Made by a program: the position numbers and the translations under genes. The notes under the pieces were generated by a model. That model saw nothing but the letters and a program-made list of their open reading frames with translations. It ran no database searches and had not been told where the DNA came from. From Mobula hypostoma (lineage: Eukaryota): a stretch of 64,000 nt of DNA. Numbering within the stretch: position 1 is the stretch's first letter; every line of letters starts with the position of its first letter. The stretch lies in the NCBI RefSeq assembly GCF_963921235.1, contig NC_086097.1:247816001-247880000 (forward strand). Reading direction: 5' to 3'. Positions 50,520 through 63,399 of the stretch are shown in pieces.

Positions 50520-52170
50520 TGCTGTGATCTCAACACTGACCCATGCGGAACACCACTTGTCACCGGCATCCAATCCAAAAAGGTTCCCTTTATTCCCACT
50601 CTTTGGGAATCCCACTGATTGGCACCTGCCAATCAGCCAATGCTCTATACATGCTTGTATCCTTCATGTAATACCATGGGCTCTTATCTTGCTAAGCAGC
50701 CTCATGTGTGCCTCATGACGGCCTTCTGAAAATCCAAGTGCACAAAATTCACTGCATCTCCTTTGTCTGTCCTGCTTGTCATTTCCTCAAAGAATTCCAA
50801 CAGATTTGTCAGGTGAGATTTTCCCTTAAGGAAACCAAGCTGACTTTGACCAATTTTAGCAAATGCCTTCAAGTATCCAGAAACCTCATCCTTAGAAACT
50901 GACTCCAATATCTTCTCAGCTACTGTGGTCAGGCTAGCTGGCTTATAATTTCCTCTCTTCTGCCTGCCTCCCTCCCTTCTTGAAGAGTGAAGTGATATTT
51001 GCAATGTTCCAATCCTCCGGAACCATGCCAGAATCTAGTGATACTTGGAAGATAATTTCTTTAGCTACTTCTTTCAGAGCCCTGGGTGTAGTCCATCTGG
51101 TCCAGGTTATTCATCCACTTTCAGGCATTTCAGATGATTTTTTGAAAGCTTCCTAACCCTCCATTTTCCCACTAATTTCTACTCTGTTATATGCCCTCAC
51201 TTTTGCTTTTATGTTGGTTTTGACTTCCCTTGTAGGCTACAGTTACATCTTTCCTGTAGAATACTTCCTCTTCTTTGGGATATATCTGTCCCACACCTTC
51301 TGTATTGCTCCCAAAAACTCCATCCATTGCTGCGTGTCCCCTTCCAAACAAGTTTGACCAGCTCCTCTCACATGCCCCTGTAATTCCCTTGACTCCAATG
51401 TGATACTGATACATCTGACTTTAGCTTCTCCCTCTCAAATTGCTGGATGAATTCTATCATATTATGATCAGAGCCTCTTAAGGGTTCTTTTACCTTAAGC
51501 TCCCTTGTCAAATCTAGTTCATTACACAATACACGATCCAGAACAGCTGATCCCCTAGCAGGCTCAATCCAAAGCTGCTCTAAAAAGCCATCTCACGGGC
51601 ATTTTACAAATTCTCTCTCTTGGGATTCAGCACCAACCTGATTTTCCCAATCTACCCGCATATTGAAATCCGTTGTAACTATTGTAACATTGCCCCCTTG
51701 ACATGCATTTTCTATCTCCTAATGTAATTTGTACCCATATCTTGACTAATGTTCGGAGTCCTGTATATAACTTCCATCAGTGTCCTTTTACCATTGTAGT
51801 TCCTTAATTCTACCCATAACGATTCTGTAACTTCTGATCCATGTCACCTCTTTTTAAGGAGTTGATTTAATTTTTTTTTACCAACAAAGGCCTACCTGCC
51901 TGTCCTTTCAATACAATGCGTATCCTTGGATGTTAAGCTCCTAACTATAATCTTCTTTCAGCCACAACTCATTGATATCCACATCATCTACCTTATTCCA
52001 TATACTGCGTGCATTCAAATATAATACCTTCAAGTTCCGTATTTGTCATCTTTTATGATTTTGACCCCTTGTTACATTGCAGCTCATCCTGACTGCAATT
52101 CTGCCCTATCATCTGCCTGTCCTTCCTCACAGTCTCACTATACGCTGCCAAGTACCTGATCACTCAATTT
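50520..52170 (-). mobile_element. Decayed, internally deleted CR1 ORF2
   Basis: GGRQKRGNYKPASLT, LTNLLEFFEE, LDFQKA; APE-region remnants toward 52 kb. Confidence 0.85.
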
Positions 52171-53374
52171 CCCATCCTCCTGTCGAGTATCGAACAACAG
52201 AGATAGACAGGACGTAGCGAGGATGTTTCCTACAGTGGGTAGTTTCTTGAATTGCAAAATGCGTATGATACTTTTACTAAACTAAACCCCATACCATACA
52301 CCCTTATCCAGCATTCAGCTTAAGGTCTTCCACACATAAAAGAATCAGATCTAATCTTTCCATTACTAAAGACAAAATTCCACTTTGACTTCATATTTTC
52401 AGTAAAAGCAAACATTAGCACAATGGAAAAAGGAACAGTTCCCAGACCTACACAGAGGACTTGAGGGACTGAGAAGGTCGGGCAGCATCTATGGAGGGGA
52501 ATAAATAGTTGATGTTTCAGGCCGAAACCCCTCATCAGAAGAGGAAAAGAAGGGAGAGCGACTCAGAGCTGTCAGTAATCCCTGGCTGGACTTGAGGAAA
52601 GTGGTCAGAATCAGGAATCACAATCTATGCCCTCAGATTTGAATGCCCACAGATCTCCTGGCCATCCACAAACACTAATGGTTGCTATGGTGCAACATTT
52701 AACAGCCACCAGGAACTAATCCAGGCACAGAATGCTGATGTCTATCAACCAATCAACATTGCCAACTTCAATCCTTTCCATTCTAACAATTCTGCCTAAA
52801 AGCATAGATATTTCAGTAGTTCACAAATGTTTTTGTTGATCTGCAGTGATTTCATTATTTGGATATTTAATGAGGTGTTTTAAGTTCATATAATTTTATA
52901 ACCTTCTTAAAATACTTAAAATATCCAAAGTTTTATTTTTCAACCATTTGCCAATGACGTGCAACACTTCGGAGAACTTAGTATCACAGCAACTGAAATT
53001 ATTTACGTGCATTGATGTATTTTTCCACTAATGTACATTAGTAAACAAAAATGCAATCTCATTTTGTCATCTGGCTTCACAGTATTTAAACCTAGCAGAA
53101 TTGTTGCAGATTGTTTGCTAATTTATGCCCAGAACTGTCCTGTAAGTACCCCTGTTCAACAAACATACTAGACATACATCTTAAAACATCCATAGTTTTG
53201 ACAGCAGACAGTTCTTCTACCTATGTCTACAGCTTACATGATGGAAGGTCTGCAGACATGAACTTAAATGCTCTCTGGATTCTACAAGACTGCTTTTATT
53301 ACAGAGTGACTTTTTCCCCAATAATAATGTTTTCTTTTTGAGGAAACGTTCCTAATCCTTCTACAACATCTTTG

Positions 53375-53660
53375 TACACCACAGCAGCATGGCTATTACA
53401 GCTGGTAGCATTCCAGAATCCAGAGTTCAATTCCGATGCTGCCTGTAAGGAGTTTGTTGTATATCCTCCCTGTGAATGCCTGGACTTCCTCCAGTTGCTC
53501 CCATTTCCTCCCACATTCTAAAGAGGCACTGGTTAGTAGGTTAATTGGCCAGTGTATATTGTCCTTTGATGAGGCTGGTATTAAATAGGTGGGTTGCTGC
53601 AGTGTTGCTCGTAAGGGCTGTTTCATATTATATGGCTTTTTAAATAAAGCAAATAAAGAA
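53375..53660 (+). mobile_element. V-SINE (HE1-like), diverged
   Basis: GAGTTCAATTCCG..GTAAGGAGTTTGT..TTTCCTCCCACATTCTAAAGA..GGTTAGTAGGTTAATTGG and a TAAA tail. Confidence 0.75.
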
Positions 53661-56600
53661 AGCGTCAGAGAGCCCTTCTGTGTGTCTTTCACATTTCGTA
53701 ACATCGGCTTTTGCCACTCAGGGATAGCAGCAGACACTTCAGTTTTACACTTATTTACAGTGAAGATTTTATGCTCCTCAGTGTGTAAAGGGATCCATGA
53801 TGGCAAAAAGATAGGCACTCCTCTTTCAGATTCACAACAATTTCATTCGAAGGTACACGCGCAAGACCACTTTCTTTATAAAGAATTTTCTAATGCTGGG
53901 GCTTCTGACTAATCCTGCCTTACCAAACTCAGCTCACTAGGCACCCAGTCAAATCCACTTCATGGGTGAAAGGAACTGGGCTTCCAAACAAACAATGAAA
54001 TACACTCACAGCTTTCTCAGAGTAGACCAAAATGAAGAACAATCTCAACTGAATAATGTGATAATGTCAGATCTTACAGATAAAAAACATCTTTAAAATC
54101 AGAAAAATTTGTGTGTAAAGGAAAAGATTAAGAACTTGGATTTGAAAGATAGTGAGATGATCTGATAAGTCAACAATAACTCACCAATAGGAGTAAAATG
54201 GACCAAAATACTCCAGACAGTGGGATTATTTACTGCCCATTCTACAGATACATACGATTTTTAGCACGTGGTGAAAACATGCAACGCTTTTGCCTTAAGT
54301 TTAACAAATGAAACCAACCAATAAATTACCGCCTTTTAAAATACATTCCAATAACTTTCTTTGAGTTCTTTCATTTCTTTCTTTGTTTGATTTCTTGAAG
54401 AAACCATATAGAATATTTTCCTCCTAAACATTTAAATAAATTCTACCACAGGTTCTCATTATTGTTTTAAATACTGACTAAAGAAACTAAACGACCATTA
54501 AAACTTTCAGTGACAGTGTCAGAAGAATTACAAGATCGTTGTAAAATAAAACTAAAAACTTAAAACATATTTTATTTAACGATACGGCAATGATTATGGT
54601 CTTATTAATGGGAAATATCAGTTCATATATTTTTACCTGTAGTATTAAGCAAAATACATTTCTATTTCCCCACATTGTTTAATTGTACTAAGTGAATATT
54701 AGGATTATTATTGCTTTCCAATTTTAGGATTGGTCAATTCACAATTGGTCAATTTTAGACCTCAGCAAATTAGGAAACAAAAATATACGCAACAAGAAAG
54801 GTAGAGGAAATCTCATCACTGAATTAAAAGTAAAACCCCCCCCAAACAATTTAGTAAACCAGTCAAATGAAGCACTGCCATGTGATATATATGAAAACGT
54901 ATATATTGTGCAAAATTGTAATACTATATGCTTCAAATATGGTTAATAAATATCTCAAAACGAAATAATTTCCATGTTCCTGAAACCCAGGTGAGTTATT
55001 TTTAATAGCTTGTTACTTGTGTGTATAAATGCTTTAAAGCTTTTTGATCTTTGGGGTTAATATTACAAATATGGCCATTCTGCAGACTAATACAGGAATT
55101 GTCCTGCAGTTCCTCCCCTCGGCAACCCCCACAACTCAAACTTGCATCCTTGTCATGGGTGTTTCTCATACGCTCAGAGTGTCTCAGCTTCAAGTCACCA
55201 CACTTTTGTTCTTCCTGCTCTTCATTTAACAAGTGGAGCAGTATTTTGCTTTTTCCTAGGCAGGAAACATACAAATGCGCAGCTAGTCCGAGCCCTCAGG
55301 CCTCGGGATCATGACAGCATGGCTGGAGTGTGCCCAGGGGAGAGCAGTGTGAGAAGGGTGACTGGACGCTGTAACCTGCCTGCCTCAGCTGAGACAGAAG
55401 CAGGAGGACAGTAACACTGCTGAACGTACCTGTCATTCAGAGGATCTGGCTTCACTCATATTGTGAAAAAAGCAAACCCAGAACACCAAATTTATAATGC
55501 ATATCAGCACATTACGATATAGATCAAATATTAAATATTGATCTGTAAATATTTGAACATTACACAATGATTGGCAACCATGTATTTTTGGAACTCTAAC
55601 TGTGATTGAACTTACAACCTAAACCTATTTTAATAAGGATTATTTCAGTCTAAAACTAAGTGAGCAATTTAAAAAGCTGTTAGCAATAAAACGGTCATCA
55701 GATTTTAGTAAGATTACTTCAACAGTGGAAAAGTAAAGATTGCTTCTTACAAATTAAGAGAGCTCTGGAAAGAATAGAATCTTTTTTCACAGAGTCTGTT
55801 TCTACATAGCGACAGATTAAAACACACTAATCCTCTGGTGACTGTAAACATTTTTCTTTAGGAAGCCCTGAAGTATATCAGTGGGAAAAATTTATCTGTG
55901 GAATTGAACTAAATTTTTTAGTATTTCCCCACCTCATATCATCCACTAATGCAACTGATTTTGTTTAAATCTTTCAATTATCATGTATTGCACTATACTG
56001 CTGCCACAAAACAACAAATTTCATGATATGTGATGGTGATATTAAACCTGATAATTAATAACAATGATGAATAACAATTTGTCATAACAATGCAATGATA
56101 AATATCTAACAGTGCAAACAAGATGCAAAATGCTCTTATTCTTAACGAAGCAACTTTTTCACCTACAGTACTCTCTAATTATGATGCAGGTATTCTAAAG
56201 TCTTGCGTCAAATAAGCCGTTTGAAACAGATTAAACCTTTTAAAAGAAAAATTATATCAAAACAAGGTGTTCATGGATGTTTTGATAAAATAACCAACTT
56301 TTTAATTTAGCTGCAGGGTTTATCATAATGACATAAACCACTAAAATATCTTAAAATTATGCAATATTATATTTTTTCAACCTTCAGTGAACATCTATTT
56401 TATAAATTAAAATTAGAACCTTATTGCCAAAAGATGTTAGGGACAATGAATAATGATAGATCCACACTTTCTGAATAAATCAAATTGGATTCCACATTTC
56501 TAAACAATAATATTAAATAACGAACCATTTGTACTTGTAGAATTTTCCAAAATAAAAATTGTGTTGAACACCCAATGACTAGAGGACTTTTCATATAGTG

Positions 56601-56744
56601 TAGAACATTGCTTTTTTAAAATAATTTGACTATTTTTTGTAATGGACAGTGAACATGGGAAATATATACAGGGGAAGAGAAAAGAATTAACAAGACAGAA
56701 TCAACACAGATATATGTGCAGACATACAAAGCACAAATACACAC

Positions 56745-56745
56745 T

Positions 56746-56772
<27 letters not shown>
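56745..56772. repeat. (AC)n microsatellite
   Basis: Uninterrupted CA run. Confidence 0.9.
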
Positions 56773-56776
<4 letters not shown>

Positions 56777-58752
56777 TACAATTCATTTAATAACAATATG
56801 GCTTTATATCTACATAAAAGCTCGTGGTATCTCCTTCAACAAATATGACCATTGCAGAGATATATATTCTGAGATTAGATGATCTAGCATTCACCTCCTT
56901 TGGCTAAAGATTGCTGAGTACTATCATAAATACTAAATTTTCAATTTTAATAAATGGATGTACACTTTGAATGTTATGATGTGATTTTGACAACTTACGA
57001 AATAAAGCCAGCTGAGTCGAGCAACTGCAATGAAGTCAGGTACAAATTTTCAAGTCAGCTCTGATCCATTACAAGACTGACAATTTGGCTGCACAATGTT
57101 CAAATTAATAGATATTTTTCTGTTGCTTTTACCAATGGCCATTAACATTTATTTATGAAAGAATTTGAAGTAACTTTCTTATGCTCAGCATTTAGTGTTA
57201 GAAAACTCGAGTGAAAAACTGATTTTATTTATCTGCTAGATCAGTGAAATTTAAACCAATTAAATGATAAAGCTTTTTATAATCCACTTATTTATGAGAA
57301 CAGAGAGTTACGACAATCAGACGAACTCTGTGGAAAATGGGCACATTGTACTTCTGTTATACCGCAAAGTTTTAAAATATGCTATTTTACAATTAACAAA
57401 TATTCCCAGGTCTATTGTTGCAATGCATCAACAATTTAGCTCTACGTAATTCAAGTTAATAATAGAAAATATATCACATAAAATAAAAAAAAATTAAAAA
57501 GTATGTCTAACAAACGTGAATGCTTAGAACAAATCTATTACAGACAGTAAACATTTGAATTATTTTATGCACAGACCAGAACTAATCCTGTTCGAAGGCA
57601 AAGTACTCACTTTTGAGGACCAATATCGAAAAGAATCTTCAAAACAATTATATTTTCTGTGGACTGTATGTTTGCTCATTAAACCGACTAAGGCTATTCT
57701 AGTGGTCAAGCATGCATTTCAATCACAACTAAAGCTCTACTGTATCAATTTTCTAACAGACTGAGATGCTTTCAAGTAACATCCTTCACAGAAATTTTAT
57801 ACATCTACACGGCTGCTCTTTGTACCACTGGTGGATAAAATTAAATAGTGACATATTTGTCTTGAATCAAATGTATTTTGCAAATTTTTTTTTTACAATT
57901 TCACCAGAATATTCTTAGAAAATGCTTACTTTACACAGGCTGTTCTTAACCAACGTTCCTTACCCAGAAGAGCATAATTCCACCAGATCCTGTGATTCTA
58001 TGCAGATAAACAAGAAGATTACAAGCCTGGGATTGCTTTCTGGATGATTGTGCTTAAAAGCAAAAGACACGAATTGTAGAACTACTCAGAATACAAACAA
58101 CACAAAAAGCACTAGTGACCCATCTGGTATCCAGCAGACAAAGACGAAATGCCTCTAAAGCCCAGCATGTGAGGCCTTTGAGAAATATTCTTCTGGCATT
58201 TCATCACAGCAGCCTTAGACCAGTTTATCTTGGTGGCTTGAGGGAGTAAATAGAGCTGTTTATTAAAGCTACTCTGCTGTATTACATTAGACGCACCAGA
58301 CCACCTGGACCTTTTGGACTGTAGTAGTTTTTTTTTAATTTGCACACTGGCTTCTGTACAAACAAAAATTATTGCATTTACTGAGGTCACACCTCATTTA
58401 GATTAGAGGTAAAATACGGAAGGCAGGGTAAAATAGCAAAACGTTAGCGTAAAACTATAAATCACCCACCAATGTATCCAAATCCGAGACTCCACACCAC
58501 CTCAGATGGTATACCATTTATAAATAACAGGAGAACTGGAAGATGATGAATTCATATTAACCAGTAAACAGAGACTAAAGAAAAAAAAATAGTTCCAAAC
58601 ATTAATTCTCAGATTATAATGTTGGATTTCTCAGTTAAATTGCTACGGGCCAGACTGTAGAAGAAAGATATTGTAAATATGAATTATATGAATCAAACAG
58701 CTATACCCCATGGAAAAATAAGAGAGGAGTTGAGAAATGACTGACTCCATAC

Positions 58753-58857
58753 CTGACCAATTACAGCATGCATGGTCCCTGTATCCTGCTGGGCCAAGAG
58801 ATTGCTATCCATTACACATATCTTGTGAGGAGCAGAATGGGGGTTTCTGCCATGCAT
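58753..58857 (-). CDS. POU6F2: POU6F2 coding exon 1 (105 nt, MHGRNPHSAPHKICVMDSNLLAQQDTGTMHAVIGQ)
   Basis: Minus strand reads ATG CAT GGC AGA AAC CCC CAT ... CAG CAG GAT ACA GGG ACC ATG CAT GCT GTA ATT GGT CAG|GTATGG. The peptide matches the recalled human long-isoform N-terminus (MHARNPHSP...QQDTGTMQAVIGQ). The phase-0 donor joins in frame to exon 2. Too short for the ORF track. Confidence 0.92.
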
Positions 58858-59534
58858 CTGTCAATCAACGCTTGCAGTCAAAATCATCACCAAACAGAAA
58901 GCAAAAGCAAAAATAAGTCAAGCTGCTTCACCAAATAGGATTGAAAAAAAGTCACATGACAGCAGTTCACCCACACACACATACACACAAACACACTGCA
59001 TGCATTTCCTGCACATAAGTGACCTTGCTTGCTTCAGAACAGCAAGATGCAGAAATCTGAAATCTGCTAATAAGCCTTTGCTTCTAAACAAATAAAGGTG
59101 ACTTGGAAATAATATGATATCCGTAATTTTGTAAAATACCACAGTTGGTTGAAGATAGTGTTTTATTGATATTCAGAGTTTTAAAACTGACATTCACCAA
59201 TTGGTTTAAAGTGGCTTTTTCTCTCCCTGTAAATAAAAGTTTGTAAATTACATCACCAAATTTCACATTTAAATGACGTTATATTTTCAAAAACACTTTC
59301 TGAAGTAGACCAAGTAAAATGTTAGAATAGCGCCCAGTTTAAGCAAAGCACACACAAAAAAATGACCAATGGAAAACGCCTACCACCAAAAGAAATATTG
59401 CTGCTTGTCAGACAGTCGCTGTGAATGGACTTAATTGTTGGCTGGTCACCAATGGCATCCCATATACAGTATACAGACACTTCTCAGATGCCAGTTAACT
59501 ACCTTTCCGTGTGTTTATTGTTTAATTGAAAGTT

Positions 59535-59705
59535 AGAGTCATGGCACACGACCACACAGAAACGGGCCAATCGGACCATCTAGTCCGTGCTGAATCTGCC
59601 TAGTCCCATCGACCTGAATCTGGACCGAGCCCTCCTCAACATCATCCTCTCATCATCATCCGTGTACCTGTCCAAATTGCTCAGGCGACGAAATCGAACC
59701 CGCAA
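59535..59705 (-). mobile_element. CR1 3' UTR fragment
   Basis: Homologous to 23445-23545 and 62100-62280 (CACAGAAAC.GGCC...CCATCTAGTCC.TGCT). Confidence 0.7.
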
Positions 59706-59899
59706 TTAAACTTATGCAATTGGAGCTTAGAAGTTGGTTCAATTTAAATGGGGAGTTTTCGAAACTTGGCTGAGGGGAGAGGAGGGGGTGTGTCTCAATT
59801 CGATAGCTGCATGAAAACATTACCCGCAAGACGAGAAAAAAAATTCATTTTCTTCAAAAACACCCCGTGCATTCATCTATTCCCCCCCCCCCCCAAGCA

Positions 59900-60484
59900 A
59901 ACAAAATGAACGTTCGGACTGATCTTATTGCAAATCAAACGTGTCCTTGCTCGTTTTAATGTGCACCGTATTTCTCCCTTCTCTGGTGAGCGAGAATATG
60001 GACGGTTAAAAACTAGAGCCGATCGTGATCCAGCGGCCGGTTTGAAACTCCAACCCTTAGGGACGGGTTATAAAACATCGTCAAGGGAGCTGTTCACTGC
60101 CTCAGTCCTAAATATATCTATTTTTTTACCTCAGAGTTAATCCGAGCTGTAATCGGACAAGCCTGTAACCGCTGTCAAACTACCGCCATTCTGATGGGAG
60201 GAAAGTAAATTGTCAGTATTCAAAGTTTAATTACAAACGGAAATAAGGGCTTCCCTTCAAAAGGAAAAGCGGCAAGCGGTGAACGGTGACACTCACTGGA
60301 GCGGAGCATCCGCTGATCTACCGAGAGCCCAGGATTGACCTCCTCCTCCTCTACTCTCCGTGCGCGGTCCCGAGCCGAGACCCGTAACTGCGGGCGCACA
60401 CCGGACACAGGCAAAGGTAATGGGGTGCACGCGCAGTCGTACACGCACCTCTTTCACCGGCTGGCAGCAGAGCACTGCGCCCTT
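59900..60484. promoter_or_regulatory. CpG-rich region ~1-1.6 kb upstream of the POU6F2 ATG; candidate promoter or 5' non-coding exon
   Basis: Strong local CpG enrichment (e.g. CCGTGCGCGGTCCCGAGCCGAGACCCGTAACTGCGGGCGCACACCGG) against a CpG-depleted window, positioned 5' of the gene. Confidence 0.65.
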
Positions 60485-61702
60485 ACTCACACCTGTCCTA
60501 TCCATCCACACCTGGGACTGAACATTCACTCACACCTGTCCTATCCATCCACACCTGGGACTGAACATTCACTCACACCTGTCCTATCCATCCACACCTG
60601 GGACTGAACATTCACTCACACCTGTCCTATCCATCCACACCTGGGACTGAACATTCACTCACACCTGTCCTATCCATCCACACCTGGGACTGAACATTCA
60701 CTCACACCTGTCCTATCCATCCACACCTGGGACTGAACATTCACTCACACCTGTCCTATCCATCCACACCTGGGACTGAACATTCACTCACACCTGTCCT
60801 ATCCATCCACACCTGGGACTGAACACTCACTCACACCTGTCCTATCCATCCACACCTGGGACTGAACACTCACTCACACCTGTCCTATCCATCCACACCT
60901 GGGACTGAACACTCACTCACACCTGTCCTATCCATCCACACCTGGGACTGAACACTCACTCACACCTGTCCTATCCATCCACACCTGGGACTGAACATTC
61001 ACTCACACCTGTCCTATCCATCCACACCTGGGACTGAACACTCACTCACACCTGTCCTATCCATCCACACCTGGGACTGAACACTCACTCACACCTGTCC
61101 TATCCATCCACACCTGGGACTGAACATTCACTCACACCTGTCCTATCCATCCACACCTGGGACTGAACATTCACTCGCACCTGTCCTATCCATCCACACC
61201 TGGGACTGAACATTCACTCACACCTGTCCTATCCATCCACACCTGGGACTGAACATTCACTCGCACCTGTCCTATCCATCCACACCTGGGACTGAACATT
61301 CACTCACACCTGTCCTATCCATCCACACCTGGGACTGAACATTCACTCGCACCTGTCCTATCCATCCACACCTGGGACTGAACATTCACTCACACCTGTC
61401 CTACCCAACCACACCTGGGACTGAACATTCACTCGCACCTGTCCTATCCATCCACACCTGGGACTGAACATTCACTCACACCTGTCCTATCCATCCACAC
61501 CTGGGACTGAACATTCACTCGCACCTGTCCTATCCATCCACACCTGGGACTGAACATTCACTCACACCTGTCCTATCCATCCACACCTGGGACTGAACAT
61601 TCACTCGCACCTGTCCTATCCATCCACACCTGGGACTGAACATTCACTCACACCTGTTTCATCAATCCACACCTGGGACTGAACATTCACTCACACCTGT
61701 CC
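60485..61702. repeat. 43-bp minisatellite, ~28 copies
   Basis: Unit CACACCTGTCCTATCCATCCACACCTGGGACTGAACATTCACT, near-perfect tandem copies. Confidence 0.98.
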
Positions 61703-62099
61703 CACCTAACTACCCCTATCCAATCCTATGTATTGGAAAGGCATATGGATATAAGGAAGGTGGAAGGATATTGACATGGTTTAGGTAGGAGGGGTTAGTG
61801 TTTGGATGCTTTTGATTTGTTTTTTTAGCTTGTTCAGCACAATGTTGTGGGCCGAATGGCCTGTACCTACACTGTACTGCTCTATCCATGTAGTATTCAA
61901 TTGCATTATTATTGATATTGCTCAATAATATCACAGAAGGGAGTTGGGTTTAAAAACAACTACTGTGTATATTAGTCATTAATGGCAATCCCAAGCAACA
62001 TTGATTTCATAAGATAGACTCAGTTTTGTAAACTCATTTTCATTTTACCTTCAAATTTAAAAAGAAACAAATTTAACCTCATGAAAGGTTCACAAATCT

Positions 62100-62600
62100 A
62101 GTCATAGAGCACTACAGCACAGAAACAAGCCCTTTGGTCCATCTAGTCTGTGCTAAACTATTACTCTTCCTAGTCCAATCAATCTCCACCTGGCCCATAG
62201 CCCTCCATACCCTTCCCATCCATGTACCTGTGCAATGTTCTCTTAAATGTTGCAGTCAGACCTGTATCCAGCACTTCCACTGGCAGCTCGTTCCACACTC
62301 TCACCACCCTCTGAGTGAGGAAGAAAGTCCCACATCAGGTTCCCCTTTAACATTTCTCCTTTCACCTTTAACCCATGACCTCTAGTACTGGCCTCACCCA
62401 ACCTCAGTGGAAAATCTCTGTTTACATTTACCCTATCTATACCTCACATAATTCTGTATACCTCTATCAAATCTCCCCCCATTCTCATATGCTGTATGGA
62501 ATAAAGTCCTGTCCTTTTCAACCATTCCCGTTAATTTAGGCCCTCAATACCAAACAACATCCTGGTTAATTTTCACTGTACTGTTTCAAACTTATGAGTC
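62100..62600 (-). mobile_element. CR1 3' fragment
   Basis: Minus strand RGDLIEVY.IM.G.DRVN, TRGHGLKVKG. Confidence 0.82.
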
Positions 62601-63399
62601 TTGCACCAAGTGGCCACTTTAATAGGTACACATGTACACTTGCTCGCTAATGCAAATATCTAATCAATCAATCATATGGCAGCAATTTCAATCATAAAAG
62701 CATGCAGACATGGTCATGAGATTCAGTCCAAATTACTCAGTGTGACAGGCATTTATTTTTGAGAGAGCTCGTTGGATAGCAACCTCAATAGAGATGACAG
62801 AGTCTAATATAATGAAATGTGCTCATCCCTAATCATCAATGCTGTGCACACTTCCAGAGCCATTGTTATTTTTAAAACACTACAGCTCAATACAGGCCCT
62901 TCAGCCCACAATATTATGCCAACCTTTTAACAAACTCTGAGATCAATCTAACCCTTCTCTCCTGTTGTAACTGTGGAGCTAATGGATATAGAAGTTTATT
63001 CAGAACGAAGAGCGGCTATTCAAGACACTCTCAGAAGAAGAGGCCTGCTCAACCCAATATTACATGACAATTTTATAGTTACAGTATATATACAATGCTT
63101 CCTTTGAATTGCATATAATTTTCAAATATCTCCTTCCTTGCACCCACACTCCCGACACTCAAAATGAATGTTAATCTCCACTAACTTTTGTTTAAGATTC
63201 TGTGTGTTACTTTTTTTTTGCCATTTTCAAGAATTTTTCTTTCCTTCACATATTTGGTGTTTGATGTTTTTCTTTGAATGGATTCCACGGTGTTTCTTTG
63301 TTGTGTGGCTGTCTGCGGGAAGATGAATTTCAGGGTTGTATACCGCATACATACTTTGTAATAATAAATGTACTTTATATGTCACCATATGCCATATGG

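Larger units (their letters stand above)
30104..58752 (-). other. POU6F2: POU6F2 intron between coding exons 1 and 2 (~28.6 kb, GT-AG, phase 0)
   Basis: Bounded by the donor at 58752 and the acceptor at 30104 described above. Confidence 0.85.

Noticed and set aside
55515..55548. Short imperfect palindrome AGATCAAATATTAAATATTGATCT
   Set aside because: Short and AT-rich; compatible with chance or local template switching.
60220..60607. ORFs in the CpG-rich region as the first exon of a neighbouring gene (VPS41 is the recalled head-to-head neighbour in human)
   Set aside because: No translation resembles the acidic VPS41 N-terminus. The ORFs are explained by high GC content and run into the minisatellite.
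60485..61702. Regular short repeat array resembling a CRISPR locus
   Set aside because: Units are contiguous with no unique spacers, there are no cas genes, and the context is vertebrate.
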